64,000 bases of DNA from the NCBI GenBank assembly GCA_965227295.1, contig OZ245742.1:800001-864000 (forward strand), in the 5' to 3' direction. Below the pieces are notes generated by a model. It did not search any database. It was given only the letters and a program-made list of their open reading frames with translations, and was not told the origin of the DNA. This document shows, one piece after another, positions 27,447-38,599 of the stretch. Source of the stretch: Leptonemataceae bacterium (lineage in GTDB: Bacteria; Spirochaetota; Leptospiria; Leptospirales; Leptonemataceae). The first letter of the stretch is position 1, and every line of letters starts with the position of its first letter. The position numbers and the translations under genes are program-made.

Positions 27447-29794
27447 CTCGATTTCTTAAGATTGCCGTGATTGCGCTGCTGATCGCCGCGCCTGCCGCCG
27501 GCCTGCGCGCTCAGGAACAGGAGCCCGAACCGCAACCGAACGATGAAGACATCATCATCGAAGCCGAGTCGGATTCCGGGAAGTACATTCGCAAGCGCGC
27601 GCCCGGGGTGCTCAAGTCCGACGTGCCCATCATGAACACGCCGCAGAGCGTGCAAATCGTTCCGGAGCAGGTGTATCGCGATCAGCAGGCGCAGGATCTC
27701 AGCGAGGCCACGCGCAACGTGAGCAACGTAACGACGCTGTTTCCGAGCGTCGGCGTGCGCGACTCTCTGGCCATCCGCGGTTTTCAGGTAACGTCCATGT
27801 TGATTGACGGCCTGCCGAACATTACGACCAGCGCCGGCTTCGCTCGACGCGAACTATTGATGTACGAACGCCTGGAAGTTCTGAAAGGTCCGGCTTCGGT
27901 CACGTTCGGCGCCATTGAACCGGGGGGTGCGTTGAACCTGGTAACGAAACGCCCGCAGGGGGAAGCGCGACGTGAGGTGGAGCTGTCCCACGGACGCTGG
28001 GACAACAACGCCGCCACCGCCGATCTGACCGGCCCGCTGAACGAAGACCGCACGTTATTGTACCGCGCCCTGGGCGCCTTTCGTTCCTCACTGAGCTATC
28101 GCGACGAAGTGGAGTCCGAGCGTTACTTTCTCGCGCCGTCGCTTTCCTGGCTCGTGACGCGCGATACGACGATCACGCTCTTCGGTCACTATCAGCGCGA
28201 CAGCGTCGTCAACGATTGGGGCAGCCCGTCCATTCGCGATCCCTATACCGTGGCGTCCCGCGATGTTTATAGCGCGTTGGTGCCGGACCTCATCGAACAG
28301 GCGTACCCGGCGAGCGAGGCCTTTCCGGAAGAGTTTCGCGTGGATGAAAACATCTACACCGAACGTTTCTTCGGAAACGAAAACAACAATCGCAACGAAC
28401 AGGACCAGGGCAGCGCCGGTTATCTCTGGGAAACCGACTTCGGCAACTGGGTCTTCCAGCATCGCAGCCAGGGCGAAAGCGCGTCAACTCACGAGGGACT
28501 GACCTACAATCTAAGTACCATCGAAGATGACAACCGCACGGTGCAACGCGGCTTCGCGAAGCGGGCCTACTACATCGGCACCTACAGCACGCAGTTCGCG
28601 CTGAGCGGCGAGCTGGAGGACGGCTCCGTAACCCATCGCCCGCACATCGGCGTGGACTTCACGCATACGTTTTACCAGGTGAACATCAGCGAGAGCTACC
28701 TCGACGCCGGCACGAACGACATTTACTTAACTGAAAGTGAGCGTGCCTTTGTCGACAACCTGGCGGCGCCGAACCTGGAATTTCTGTGGCTGCACGAGTT
28801 CGACAAACCCATCAACCTGGCGTCGGGGCAGCTACTGCCCGTGGAACAGAAGTTGCGCGCGAATTACGGTGCCGTGTACGGCCGGCATCAGGTTTCCTTC
28901 GGCGACCTGCTGCACGTGAGCGCGGGCGCACGGTTCGACCAGGTGCGCGGCAAGATTCGCGATCAGAACTACGGCATTCGCGAACAGTTGTTCTTTGTGC
29001 CGTCGATTTTTCCCACGCTCTTTACGAACCCGCGGGAGCGTTCGTTAAACGGGGACTTCATCAGTCCTCAGGGCGGCGTGGTGCTGCGGCCCATCAAGTA
29101 CGTTTCAATTTTTGCCAGCGCGTCGGAATCTTACAACCACGACTTCAGCGCGCTGACCCACGGCAATCTCACACCGAAACCGATTCGCTCCGTGGGCTAC
29201 GAGGGCGGGCTGAAGTTCGCGTTCTTCGACGAAAACCTCATCGCCACCACCACCGTGTTTGAAATTACGAAAACCAACGTCTTGATCGACGACCCGCTTC
29301 AGGCGAATCGCCTGCTGCAAAGCGGGGAACAACGCCACCAGGGTTTCGAGTTCGACCTGCTCGCGACACCGGTGGAAGGTCTGAACATGATCGCTTCGTA
29401 TGGTTACATCGACGCAAAGATCACGAAAGACGACACCCGCGATCCCGAAACCGGTCGCAAACTCATTGAAGGCAAACGACCGAACCTGGTGCCCGAGCAC
29501 AACGCCAACGCCTGGATCGTCTACGAACTTCAGGGCGGCCCGTTGCGCGGCCTGGGCTTCGGCGGCGGCGTGTATCACAACTCGTCACGCTACGCCACCG
29601 CGAGCAACGATCTGGTACTGCCGGAGTACACGATCGGCACGGGTCTGATCTACTACAAGATCTACGACGCGAAGCTCTCGGTAACCGCGAAGAACATCAC
29701 GAACAAACGTTACTATGAATCGGCGAACTCCCGCAACGGCATCATTGAGGGCCGGCCGTTCGAGGTCATCGTCGCGCTGAACGCGAAGTTTTGA
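27443..29794 (+). CDS. TonB-dependent siderophore receptor
   Basis: Signal peptide, PQSVQIV, IRGF, ERLEVLKGPAS, GGALNLVTKRP plug motifs; C-terminal Phe. Confidence 0.95.
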   Translation: MTRFLKIAVIALLIAAPAAGLRAQEQEPEPQPNDEDIIIEAESDSGKYIRKRAPGVLKSDVPIMNTPQSVQIVPEQVYRDQQAQDLSEATRNVSNVTTLFPSVGVRDSLAIRGFQVTSMLIDGLPNITTSAGFARRELLMYERLEVLKGPASVTFGAIEPGGALNLVTKRPQGEARREVELSHGRWDNNAATADLTGPLNEDRTLLYRALGAFRSSLSYRDEVESERYFLAPSLSWLVTRDTTITLFGHYQRDSVVNDWGSPSIRDPYTVASRDVYSALVPDLIEQAYPASEAFPEEFRVDENIYTERFFGNENNNRNEQDQGSAGYLWETDFGNWVFQHRSQGESASTHEGLTYNLSTIEDDNRTVQRGFAKRAYYIGTYSTQFALSGELEDGSVTHRPHIGVDFTHTFYQVNISESYLDAGTNDIYLTESERAFVDNLAAPNLEFLWLHEFDKPINLASGQLLPVEQKLRANYGAVYGRHQVSFGDLLHVSAGARFDQVRGKIRDQNYGIREQLFFVPSIFPTLFTNPRERSLNGDFISPQGGVVLRPIKYVSIFASASESYNHDFSALTHGNLTPKPIRSVGYEGGLKFAFFDENLIATTTVFEITKTNVLIDDPLQANRLLQSGEQRHQGFEFDLLATPVEGLNMIASYGYIDAKITKDDTRDPETGRKLIEGKRPNLVPEHNANAWIVYELQGGPLRGLGFGGGVYHNSSRYATASNDLVLPEYTIGTGLIYYKIYDAKLSVTAKNITNKRYYESANSRNGIIEGRPFEVIVALNAKF

Positions 29795-29833
29795 AATCGT
29801 CGGGCTCGCTCGATCGGCCGACAATCAACATGT

Positions 29834-30676
29834 ATGGCCGATCCTCGCGATTCGCAGGCAAACCGCCCGGAGTTTTCCGATCCGGACAACGGCGATTTTC
29901 GCGCGGCGCTCACCTGGTCATTGCTGCAGCCCGCCGCGCGCCGGGAGATTGCGAAACATCTTACGCTGGAAGAACTCGAACGCCTGAATCACGCCTGGAA
30001 GATTTTCCAGAAACTGCCGCGCGCGGACCGGCTGCGCATCGAACGTCAGGTGCATCGCGCCACGGCGAACAAGAACAGCCCCTGGCCCATGGCGTTGTCG
30101 CTGGCCGTCGGCATTCTTTCGGTCGGCCTCATGCTGATCCACACGGCGCAGGTCCCGCTCATGGCCTGGTCCAATCGCTCGTTGTTGTTCGCGCCGCTGC
30201 TACTTGCCACGATCGCCCCGCTCACGCTGTACCTGTTGCCGCGTTATCGTTTATCCGCGCTGTTTCTGCCGCGCTTCGATCCGCAGTCGCTCATCGCTGC
30301 TGTGTTGTGTTACGTCGGTTTGATCTGGATTTTGTTTTTTATCGGCGAGGAGCAGACCGGCGGCCAGGGTTTCGTGCGCCTGGATACGCTGTCGTTGCTC
30401 GTGTACTCCGTCGGCGCGTTCTTTGCGCCGTTGCTCGAAGAGATCGTGTATCGCGAGTTTTTACCGTCCATCGACGGCCGCCCGCCGCATTACATCGGTC
30501 ACTTCATCGGCGCTCTGTTGTTCGCGGCTTCGCATCTGCCGGATACGCCCGAGCTGTTCGTGCTGAATCTGAGCGCGGCGTTGTTGTTGTCCGGCGTGCG
30601 TTTGTTCTCCGGCGGTTTGCTCTGGTGCTACCTGGCCCACGCCGCGGCGAATGTGACCGTCCTGTGGATCGGCTGA
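29834..30676 (+). CDS. CPBP family intramembrane glutamic endopeptidase with soluble N-terminal extension
   Basis: APLLEEIVYR, FAASH, AH..AN motifs. Confidence 0.8.
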   Translation: MADPRDSQANRPEFSDPDNGDFRAALTWSLLQPAARREIAKHLTLEELERLNHAWKIFQKLPRADRLRIERQVHRATANKNSPWPMALSLAVGILSVGLMLIHTAQVPLMAWSNRSLLFAPLLLATIAPLTLYLLPRYRLSALFLPRFDPQSLIAAVLCYVGLIWILFFIGEEQTGGQGFVRLDTLSLLVYSVGAFFAPLLEEIVYREFLPSIDGRPPHYIGHFIGALLFAASHLPDTPELFVLNLSAALLLSGVRLFSGGLLWCYLAHAAANVTVLWIG

Positions 30677-30843
30677 AAGTATCGTGCCACGCGCCGGTTT
30701 TTCGCACGCGTCCCGAATCGTAGTGTAAGTAGCGGTCAGTGTACATTAAGCCTTTATTGGTCACGACTGGTTCCAGCTGACGAACGGAGGTCATGTCGGG
30801 GAATGTGGTAGGGCGGACCGGAACGGCGTCTTCCAGCCCCGCT

Positions 30844-32574
30844 CTATTTACGGGGCGGAGCGTCGCGCCTTCGCGCTGCTGCGAGCGTTCCGGTGACCTT
30901 CCATTTTTTCTCGAAGCCGAAGTGCTGCATCTTTTTCACGCCGTGCTTCGGCGGGATCAACGACATGGCCCGTTCACTCAGCGCCGTGATCGAAAGACTC
31001 GGATTCACGCCCGGGTTCGCCGGAATCATGGAACCGTCGCAGACGAGCATGTTCTCGTAACCGTGCACGCGGTTCTCCAGATCAATGACGCCTTCGTCCG
31101 CGCTCGCTCCCATGCACGCCCCGCCCAGGATGTGCGCGGTCGTGGGAACATCGAGCAACACTTCATTGTAGGAACTCCGCGCATAACCGCCGGTGCGTTC
31201 GGCCAGGCGGCGGGCGAAGTCGTTCGCCTCGGGAATGTACGTCGGAATGTGATCGCTGCCCTCGCTCGCATCGCTGGTGAGCGTCTTTTGAAACGGCCAG
31301 ATCCAACGCCGCTTGCGCACAAGATGAATGCTGTTGTCGAGCGACTGCATGACCAGCAGGATGATGGACTTCTGCGCGAAACCGAACGGAATCAACGTGC
31401 GCAAAAACGTAACGGGGTTGCGAAAAATGTTCAGCAAGAAACGCAACGGCCGCGGAATGTTTCCCCCGCCGTCGGTCATGATCGTTGCGAGCGATCCCAT
31501 GGCGTCCTGGCCCTTTGCGTAACGTACCGGTTCGATGTGCGTGTTTTCGTCGATGTGCACGCTCGAGGTGATGGCAATGCCGCGCGAAAAATCCGTCTCG
31601 CGCTTCGGCACCGTCACCCCGACGATGGACTCGCTGTTCGTGCGCACCGTCGACCCCAGACGATGCGAAAGACGGCTTAGATGATTGCGCTGCTTCAGCT
31701 TCGTAAGCAGACCCACGGTTCCCAGAACACCCGCCGAGAATACGACGCCCCGCGTGCGAAACTTGCGTCGCGGCGTACCGAACCAGCCCGTCGTGGATTC
31801 GGTACGAATCTCGTAACCGTGACTGCCGTCCGCATCGACGTCGAACTCGCCGTTCGCGTCGAGCGGCAATACATCGACGACTTTGGTTTCGGGAATGATT
31901 CTCGCGCCCAGTTGTTCGGCGAAGTAGAGGTAGTTTTTGTCGAGGGTGTTCTTGGAATCATAACGACAGCCGACCATGCAGCCGCCGCAAAAATTACAGC
32001 CGAGGCGAGCCGGGCCTTCGCCGCCGAAGTACGGGTCCTTCGCTTTCTCGCGATCGCCGAAGTAGATGCCCACCGGCGTCGGCGTAAAAGAATCGGCCAC
32101 GCCGAAGTCCGCGGCGGTATCCTGCATGAGCTGATCCACTTCCCAGAGCCGCGGGTTTTTCGTAACACCGAGCATGCGTTCCGCGAGTTTGTAGAACGGC
32201 ATGAGTTTCTTCTCGCCGCCCATGCCCCGAACCACGGCACTCCGGAAGAACTCCGGCTTCGGAACGTACAATGTATTCGCGTATACCAGGCTGCCGCCGC
32301 CGACGCCGGCCCCGCTCAGAATCATGACGTGATTCAAGAGATTGATGCGCTGAATGCCGTACATAAACAGCTTCGGAAACCAGAAGAACTTGAACGCGTT
32401 CCAGTTGCTGTTCGGGAAGTCTTTGCCGGTCCAGCGCTTGCCGGACTCGATCACCGCGACACGATAGCCTTTCTGGCTCAGCCGCATGGCACTGACGCTG
32501 CCGCCGAAGCCCGAACCGATGACGATGTAATCATAGTCATACTCCGCCTGCTCGTTCTGGTTGCGCATCGGCAC
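30844..32574 (-). CDS. GMC-family oxidoreductase, cholesterol oxidase (ChoD)-like
   Basis: [46 protein letters not shown] motifs. Confidence 0.9.
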   Translation of the reverse strand: MPMRNQNEQAEYDYDYIVIGSGFGGSVSAMRLSQKGYRVAVIESGKRWTGKDFPNSNWNAFKFFWFPKLFMYGIQRINLLNHVMILSGAGVGGGSLVYANTLYVPKPEFFRSAVVRGMGGEKKLMPFYKLAERMLGVTKNPRLWEVDQLMQDTAADFGVADSFTPTPVGIYFGDREKAKDPYFGGEGPARLGCNFCGGCMVGCRYDSKNTLDKNYLYFAEQLGARIIPETKVVDVLPLDANGEFDVDADGSHGYEIRTESTTGWFGTPRRKFRTRGVVFSAGVLGTVGLLTKLKQRNHLSRLSHRLGSTVRTNSESIVGVTVPKRETDFSRGIAITSSVHIDENTHIEPVRYAKGQDAMGSLATIMTDGGGNIPRPLRFLLNIFRNPVTFLRTLIPFGFAQKSIILLVMQSLDNSIHLVRKRRWIWPFQKTLTSDASEGSDHIPTYIPEANDFARRLAERTGGYARSSYNEVLLDVPTTAHILGGACMGASADEGVIDLENRVHGYENMLVCDGSMIPANPGVNPSLSITALSERAMSLIPPKHGVKKMQHFGFEKKWKVTGTLAAARRRDAPPRK

Positions 32575-32650
32575 ACGGGAAAGCGGCGGGCAAACCAGAG
32601 CAATAGAAATTTCTCAAGGTGCCCGGGGAAGTGCCGATATATCCGAATAG

Positions 32651-33142
32651 ATGCAAGTCCGCACGCTCAGTACCAACGACCGCGAATTGCGGCGGCGTAC
32701 CGGCAAGTCCGGGACGCGCGAAGGCTCCGCCGCGAGCCGCACATCCGCCACGGCACCGGTACAGAAGAGCCCCTTCGAAGAAATCCTGGACGAGGTCCTG
32801 CCGGCGGAACGCGCGGGAGCGCCGAACGATCTCCACTCGCTCTGGAAGAGCCTGCCGGACGCCGAACGCGAGCTCATGGATCATCCGAGCAACGCGAACC
32901 TGTATCGATATCGGGATCTCGTCATCGCCATCGCCCGGGAAACCCTGCGGCGCAACGCCCGCGTCAAGAAGCTACGCCGCCGCAATCGCCACGGCGACGT
33001 GATCGAGCTGTCCATCGTAGAATTCGTGGACGAGCGGCTGCAGAAGATGGCGAACCTCATGCACGCCCCCGGAAATTCGGCCTTCCTCATGTTAAAAACG
33101 GTGGAGGAAATCCGCGGCGCCCTGCTCGATGTTCGGGAATGA
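32651..33142 (+). CDS. DUF327/YaaR family protein
   Basis: P.NANL..Y, VDERL, EEIRGALLD C-terminal pattern. Confidence 0.75.
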   Translation: MQVRTLSTNDRELRRRTGKSGTREGSAASRTSATAPVQKSPFEEILDEVLPAERAGAPNDLHSLWKSLPDAERELMDHPSNANLYRYRDLVIAIARETLRRNARVKKLRRRNRHGDVIELSIVEFVDERLQKMANLMHAPGNSAFLMLKTVEEIRGALLDVRE

Positions 33143-33660
33143 TCCCGGAGTTTCATTTTGCCCGCACGTTTCGTCGCCTGCTCACGTTCACGCTCCTGAC
33201 CTGCGTCGTCGCGGGCATTCCATCCGCCGCCGGCTGGGAGCACCTGCCCCGCGGTGACTGGCAGGAAGAAGAAAACGGCGACCTCCGACTGAACATCGGA
33301 GCGAAGAACACACTAACCTTCGGCGGCGAGCACTTTACTAACGCCATCACCGTGAAGGCCGTAGTAACGGCCCAGGTCCGGCGCGAGTACTGGTGCCTCA
33401 TCCAGGAGATAGAGTCCAGAGATCTCAAAAAGAAAGCGGAGCCGAAAAAGAAAGACGCCGTGGACGACGACAAAGCCGGTGAAAAGAAAGAAGCCGGGCA
33501 ACCGCGGACTCCGGAACCGCTGCGTCTGGATTTTCTACAGAAAGGCGAGCGCCTCGTGCTGACCATCGGCTACGACGAGAAAAAGAAAAAAGACGTCCTG
33601 GAGATTCTGGCCTTTCGCGACGGCAAGGTCGCCCGGGAACTTCGTTTTCTGGAGCCTTAG
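33139..33660 (+). CDS. Hypothetical exported protein
   Basis: ATG 33139 overlaps the upstream stop (ATGA); signal peptide; real part of ORF 31681..33660. Confidence 0.7.
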   Translation: MIPEFHFARTFRRLLTFTLLTCVVAGIPSAAGWEHLPRGDWQEEENGDLRLNIGAKNTLTFGGEHFTNAITVKAVVTAQVRREYWCLIQEIESRDLKKKAEPKKKDAVDDDKAGEKKEAGQPRTPEPLRLDFLQKGERLVLTIGYDEKKKKDVLEILAFRDGKVARELRFLEP

Positions 33661-34640
33661 TCCGCTTCCCAGATCGAATTCAAGAAGTAACGCCGGCTAT
33701 CGTAGAGCATGTCCACGATGGCGAACTCGTTTTGCCGCGCGAGGTCTTCCACGTCCTCGGGCAGGTACTTCCAGGAGTACTCCGTGTGGATGGCCTCCCA
33801 CGGTCGAAAATCGAAGCTGCGTTCCAGCGCGTCGATGTCCACTGTCTGCGCCTCGCGGGAAATGAGATAACTCTCCATGGCACCGCTGTGCACGTTGTAA
33901 GTCGCGAAGTGTTTGAAAGCATCCACGTCGAAGTTCCCGCCTAACTCACGATTGATGCGACTCAACAGATTCAGATTAAAACGCTCCGTAACGCCGTGAG
34001 GATCCGAGTAAGCCGGGATCAACACGTCGGTATCCTTGCGTAAGTCAAAGCCGATGATAACCAGGTCGCCGGGGGACAGCATGTCCCGCAGGCTCCGGCA
34101 AAAGCGGTGCGACTGTTCAAACGTAAAGTTGCCGATGCTGGATCCCAGGAACAGCACGACGTTGCGTTTTTTGTCCTCGCGCAGGAAACGCAGGCCGTGG
34201 TTGTACTCGCAGACCAGGCCCGTGGTACGAATGTCCGGGAACCGCCGGATCACGTTGTCCACGAGCTCGATCATGGCGCCCTCGGAGATGTCGATGGGCG
34301 AATACTCGAAGTTGTAGTCGTTTTCGGCGAAGTAGTCGAGCAGGATGTGCGTCTTGCGTCCGTCCCCGGCGCCCAGTTCCACCAGGCGAAACTCTTCATC
34401 ACCCAAAAGCTCGCCGATGTGCGCGCGAGAATTCAGGAGAATTTCACGCTCGCAGTCCGTAGGATAGTACTCTTCGAGATCCATGATCTCCTGAAAGATG
34501 CGACTGCCTTCATCATCGTAGAAGTACCGCGAAGCAATGCGTTTGCTCGGGTTGGAGAGTCCCTCGAGGACGTCCCGGCGGAACGCCTCGTGCATTTCAG
34601 TGGGATTTTGTTGCTCAAGAACGCGGACGTGAGACGACAT
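33657..34640 (-). CDS. egtD: L-histidine N-alpha-methyltransferase EgtD
   Basis: YFYDDEGS, EYYPT, ELGAGDGRKT, FLGSSIGNF, AYSD..GVT..FN.N, IHTEYS.KY motifs. Confidence 0.93.
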   Translation of the reverse strand: MSSHVRVLEQQNPTEMHEAFRRDVLEGLSNPSKRIASRYFYDDEGSRIFQEIMDLEEYYPTDCEREILLNSRAHIGELLGDEEFRLVELGAGDGRKTHILLDYFAENDYNFEYSPIDISEGAMIELVDNVIRRFPDIRTTGLVCEYNHGLRFLREDKKRNVVLFLGSSIGNFTFEQSHRFCRSLRDMLSPGDLVIIGFDLRKDTDVLIPAYSDPHGVTERFNLNLLSRINRELGGNFDVDAFKHFATYNVHSGAMESYLISREAQTVDIDALERSFDFRPWEAIHTEYSWKYLPEDVEDLARQNEFAIVDMLYDSRRYFLNSIWEAD

Positions 34641-34828
34641 AGGGGCGAACGTTAAACCGGATGGTTGGCTTTACAAGGGAATTCCGGCGCAGGATCGGCC
34701 GTTAAGCTTTGGATGCAAACAACGCTGCGCGGTTACGATTTTTTTAAGATTGTGTCCGTGCGGCCGGGTAGGTAGATCTGCGTAAACGTCATGTGAATGT
34801 GACGGAGCCGCAGTGTACATGTCTTCGC

Positions 34829-36235
34829 CTAACGTTCGCCATAGACAAACTCGGGCAGCCAGGTCACCAGTTCCGGAAAAAGGACGAGGATCAAGAGCAT
34901 CGCGAGCTGAATGCCGATAAAAGGAATCGCCCCGCGGTAAATCTCCACGGTCTTGATTTCGTCCGGGCACACCCCGCGTAAGTAAAAGAGCGCGAATCCG
35001 AAGGGCGGCGTGAGAAACGACGTCTGCAAGTTCAGGGCGATCACCACGCCGAGCCAGATCGGCGACATGGCCCCGGAGCCGTCGTCGAGCGCCAGCAGCA
35101 CCGGCCCGACAATCGGCACGACCACAAACGTAATCTCGAAGAAATCCAGGAAGAAACCGAGCACGAACATTACGAGCATCACGACGAAGAACGCCGCCCA
35201 CTTGCCGCCCGGCAAATTCTCGAGGAACGTCTCGACCAACAGGTCGCCCTCGAAACCGCGGAACACCAGCGAGAACAAAGACGCTCCGATCAAAATCAAG
35301 AACACCATGCAGTTGATCTTCATGGTATCGACGACGGCGTCACGCAGCACCGTGCCGCCGAGACGACTGCGCAACCGTGCGAGCAAAAGCGCGCCCATGC
35401 AGCCCACGGAAGCCGCCTCCGTCGCCGTGGCGGCCCCGGCAATGATCGAACCCAGCACCCCGAGAATCAGCAGCACCGGCGGGATCAACGCGCCGAGGGC
35501 CCGCTTCGCTAACTCGCTCCGATTGTACTTTAAGCGTTCTTCCACGGGAATCGCCGGCGCGAGGTCCGGTTTCACCGCCGCCGCCACGGCAATGTACACG
35601 ATGTAGAGCGTAACCAGCAAAAGTCCCGGCAGGAGCGCACCGACGAACAGATCGCCGACGCTCACCGAACCGCCGGAGAAATCGCCGAGCTTGAGTCGCG
35701 CCTGCTGGTAGGCCGACGAAATTTGATCGCCCAGGATGATCAAAATGATGCTGGGCGGGATGATCTGCCCCAGTGTACCCGAGGCGCTGACGATGCCCGT
35801 GGCGAAGGACGGCCGGTAGTTGTACTTCAACATGGCCGGCAACGAAATGAGTCCCATGGTAACGACGGTGGCGCCGACAATGCCGGTGGACGCGGCGAGC
35901 AGCGCGCCGACAATGCAAATGGAAATGCCGAGACCGCCGCGCAGACCGCCGAAGATCAGTCCCATGACCTCCAGCAATTCTTCAGCGATCTTCGAACGTT
36001 CGAGCAAAACCCCCATGAACACGAACAACGGAATCGCGATCAACGTTTCGTTCGTCATGATGCCGTAGATGCGACCGGGAAAGGCACCGAAGAGCGTTAG
36101 ATCAAACACGCCGAAGAGCGCGCCGAGCAAAGCGAAAGCGAGCGATACGCCGGCAAGACTGAAGGCCACGGGATAACCGCTGAGCAAAACGCCCACGGTC
36201 ACGGCAAAAAGTAAGATGGCGAATACGACTTCCAT
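34829..36235 (-). CDS. dctM: TRAP transporter large permease
   Basis: GYPVAFSL, AIPLFVFMG, GTLGQIIPPS, QTSFLTPPFG motifs. Confidence 0.93.
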   Translation of the reverse strand: MEVVFAILLFAVTVGVLLSGYPVAFSLAGVSLAFALLGALFGVFDLTLFGAFPGRIYGIMTNETLIAIPLFVFMGVLLERSKIAEELLEVMGLIFGGLRGGLGISICIVGALLAASTGIVGATVVTMGLISLPAMLKYNYRPSFATGIVSASGTLGQIIPPSIILIILGDQISSAYQQARLKLGDFSGGSVSVGDLFVGALLPGLLLVTLYIVYIAVAAAVKPDLAPAIPVEERLKYNRSELAKRALGALIPPVLLILGVLGSIIAGAATATEAASVGCMGALLLARLRSRLGGTVLRDAVVDTMKINCMVFLILIGASLFSLVFRGFEGDLLVETFLENLPGGKWAAFFVVMLVMFVLGFFLDFFEITFVVVPIVGPVLLALDDGSGAMSPIWLGVVIALNLQTSFLTPPFGFALFYLRGVCPDEIKTVEIYRGAIPFIGIQLAMLLILVLFPELVTWLPEFVYGER

Positions 36236-36254
36236 AACCGTCGTTCAGCGAAAC

Positions 36255-36830
36255 TTAAGAGGCGGCCTCTTCCGCGCTTTTCACCGGTGCCGATACATCC
36301 TGCGGGACGGGCGCTGCGTGCATGGCGAGCCAGGCTCGTAGCGCTACGGCAGTGCCCTGCGCCAACAACGCGAGGGGCAACACGAGAATCATCGTCTTGA
36401 GAACAAACACCGCGGGAATGCCGCCGGCCTCGGGACTGCCTTCGAGGCGCGCCCAGGAATCGAAGACATAGGGCACGCCGAACCACAGCAGCAGCAAACA
36501 TACAGGCAAGAGCAACAGCAATGTTCCGTAGAAGTCCACCCGTGCGCGATTCTCGGGAGACCAATCACGAAAGAACACGTCCACGCGTACATGACCGTGC
36601 ACGAGCAGCGTATAACCGGCGGCGCCCATAAACAGGGCCGCATGCAGATAGACCACGAGTTCCTGCAACCAGATCCAGCCCAGACTGAACACGTAGCGCA
36701 GTACCACGATACCGAACGTCAGCGCGGCCATGGCGACGACCACCCACGCCACGGCATGCCCGATCAACCGTTGCACGCCTTCCAGGGCGGTGATGATTCT
36801 ATGAAACAGAGCGATGCGTTCGGGATTCAT
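36255..36830 (-). CDS. dctQ: TRAP transporter small permease
   Basis: 4 TM helices; LRYVF, GYTL..GHVRVD motifs. Confidence 0.92.
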   Translation of the reverse strand: MNPERIALFHRIITALEGVQRLIGHAVAWVVVAMAALTFGIVVLRYVFSLGWIWLQELVVYLHAALFMGAAGYTLLVHGHVRVDVFFRDWSPENRARVDFYGTLLLLLPVCLLLLWFGVPYVFDSWARLEGSPEAGGIPAVFVLKTMILVLPLALLAQGTAVALRAWLAMHAAPVPQDVSAPVKSAEEAAS

Positions 36831-37807
36831 GAACTCTTTGCTTTCGCCGGCAGGAGGCTCTTCATGAGTCGTAGCGAGCCGTTGACCAACTTGTAGCGCA
36901 GCGATTGCTGGTACTCGTAAAACTTAAGATAGTCTTCGGTCGCCTGTCGCCCCTGACCGATCAACCATTCTTTTTGTTCGTCGGAGATCTCGAAGTCCAC
37001 CGGGGAGATGTCGCCGGTATCGATGAACACCGTGCGCCGGCGATGTTCCGGCTGCATGCTGAGCAGATTCAGTTGCACCTTCTTCACGGTCTCGTAGAGA
37101 TGCTCGGCCCAGCGGCGAAACGTGCCGAACTGCAGATCGCTGACGGCACCCAGGTTGTCGTCTTCATCCAGGGAAAAGCCCAGGGTCTCTTTATTGATGC
37201 TGCCGTCGTCGAAGGCCACGATGGGATAATTCAACAACGCGCCCCCGTCGACGTAGATGTGATCGTCGGGATTGTTGTCGGGGAACTGGAACGATTGAAA
37301 GAACGCGGGGATCGTGAGCGAAGCGGTGACGGCGTCGATCACACGCACGGACGGTGTGCGTCTGCGGCTGAATTCGCGGATCGCGCGGCGGTTTAAGTCC
37401 GTGGCGAAGACCCGCATGTTGCGCGCGCCGGCCTGCCCGATCTCTTCAAACGTTTCGTCGCCGCTCAGTTCGACATCGCCGAAATTCTTGCCGGCCTGCT
37501 TAACATGATTTCGCAGCCACTTACGCAGAGGCCCGGTGGTGTACCAGCCGTAGCGCTCGTGAAACTCCAGCGGCCGGGACTCGGACGTAAAGTTCCTGAA
37601 GTCGGCGTCCAGCATGGCCGCCTCCATCTCATCCACGTTGTAGCGCAGCGACAACATGAGCGATGCGATGGCACCGGCCGAGGTTCCGGCGACGTTTTCG
37701 ATCTGCGCGAGAACGCCCTTCTCTTCGAGCACACGGACGGCGCCGGCATACGCGGTGCCGAGGACACCGCCGCCCTGAAAGACGAGATTCTTAAACGGTA
37801 AACTCAC
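36827..37807 (-). CDS. Patatin-like phospholipase
   Basis: GGGVLG oxyanion loop, GTSAG nucleophile, YVDGG catalytic Asp. Confidence 0.93.
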   Translation of the reverse strand: MSLPFKNLVFQGGGVLGTAYAGAVRVLEEKGVLAQIENVAGTSAGAIASLMLSLRYNVDEMEAAMLDADFRNFTSESRPLEFHERYGWYTTGPLRKWLRNHVKQAGKNFGDVELSGDETFEEIGQAGARNMRVFATDLNRRAIREFSRRRTPSVRVIDAVTASLTIPAFFQSFQFPDNNPDDHIYVDGGALLNYPIVAFDDGSINKETLGFSLDEDDNLGAVSDLQFGTFRRWAEHLYETVKKVQLNLLSMQPEHRRRTVFIDTGDISPVDFEISDEQKEWLIGQGRQATEDYLKFYEYQQSLRYKLVNGSLRLMKSLLPAKAKSS

Positions 37808-37822
37808 TCGCCCATCAAAGCC

Positions 37823-38440
37823 TTACTTCAGTGCAACGTCGCTTGCTTTTTCTTCCGGCTCCACTCGAGCGCAGCTCAGCAGACCGGCGCCCTGCGGCGG
37901 ATTGCAGAGCAGAGCCAGGTGCGGCTCCGGATTCACGGCACGACCCTTTACACGATATTCAAAGTGCAGGTGATGGCCGCTGGCGAGGCCGGTCTTACCC
38001 AGACGGGCAATCACCTGGCCGCGCTCGACCCTTTGGCCGCGGCGAACGAGGTTCACCTTGTTGTGCGCGTACACGGTCTTTACGTCGTCCCCGTGGTCGA
38101 TGATGATCATGTTGCCGTAGCCCTGGCGTTCCCATCCGGCAAAGACAATGCGTCCCGGGGCACTGGCGAGGATCGGCGCCCCCGGCCGGGCGACGAGATC
38201 GAGGCCCTTATGCATTTTGCCCCAGCGCCAGCCGTAGCGCGAGGAGATGTGAACGCGTTTCGTCGGCCAGTCGTAATGATCTTCGACTTCACTGTGGAGC
38301 GGCGACGGCTCGTCCCGATTGAGAATAGGATCCAGCTGGGCGCAGTGACCCAGGGTGAGCAGAACGGCGGCAAGGATCGTGAATCGGACCGCCGGGGCGT
38401 GTGTATTGCGGTTCATGGTTGTTTCCAGAACGCGCCGCAA
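37823..38440 (-). CDS. M23 family peptidase, probable lipoprotein
   Basis: HKGLD, YAH, HLHFE motifs; LGHC lipobox-like sequence; start uncertain. Confidence 0.9.
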   Translation of the reverse strand: MRRVLETTMNRNTHAPAVRFTILAAVLLTLGHCAQLDPILNRDEPSPLHSEVEDHYDWPTKRVHISSRYGWRWGKMHKGLDLVARPGAPILASAPGRIVFAGWERQGYGNMIIIDHGDDVKTVYAHNKVNLVRRGQRVERGQVIARLGKTGLASGHHLHFEYRVKGRAVNPEPHLALLCNPPQGAGLLSCARVEPEEKASDVALK

Positions 38441-38599
38441 AAGTGCAAATTTCGATGATGCGGCGCACTATGTTTTCAACCATGCTTTTGTGCGCCGCAC
38501 AGGGGTCAAGCAGGATTCGGGCGAGGGTGTACGGGTTTGGGGCTAATTTGGGTTGGACACGAGAACACAGGATGCGATGTTTTTGTCAGGAGTCGGGCC

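Noticed and set aside
31681-33660. 659-aa plus-strand ORF
   Set aside because: Mostly antisense to the GMC oxidase and overlapping the DUF327 gene; only 33139..33660 looks genuine.
36827-37807. Patatin as a CBASS CapV effector
   Set aside because: No CD-NTase or other defence genes adjacent.
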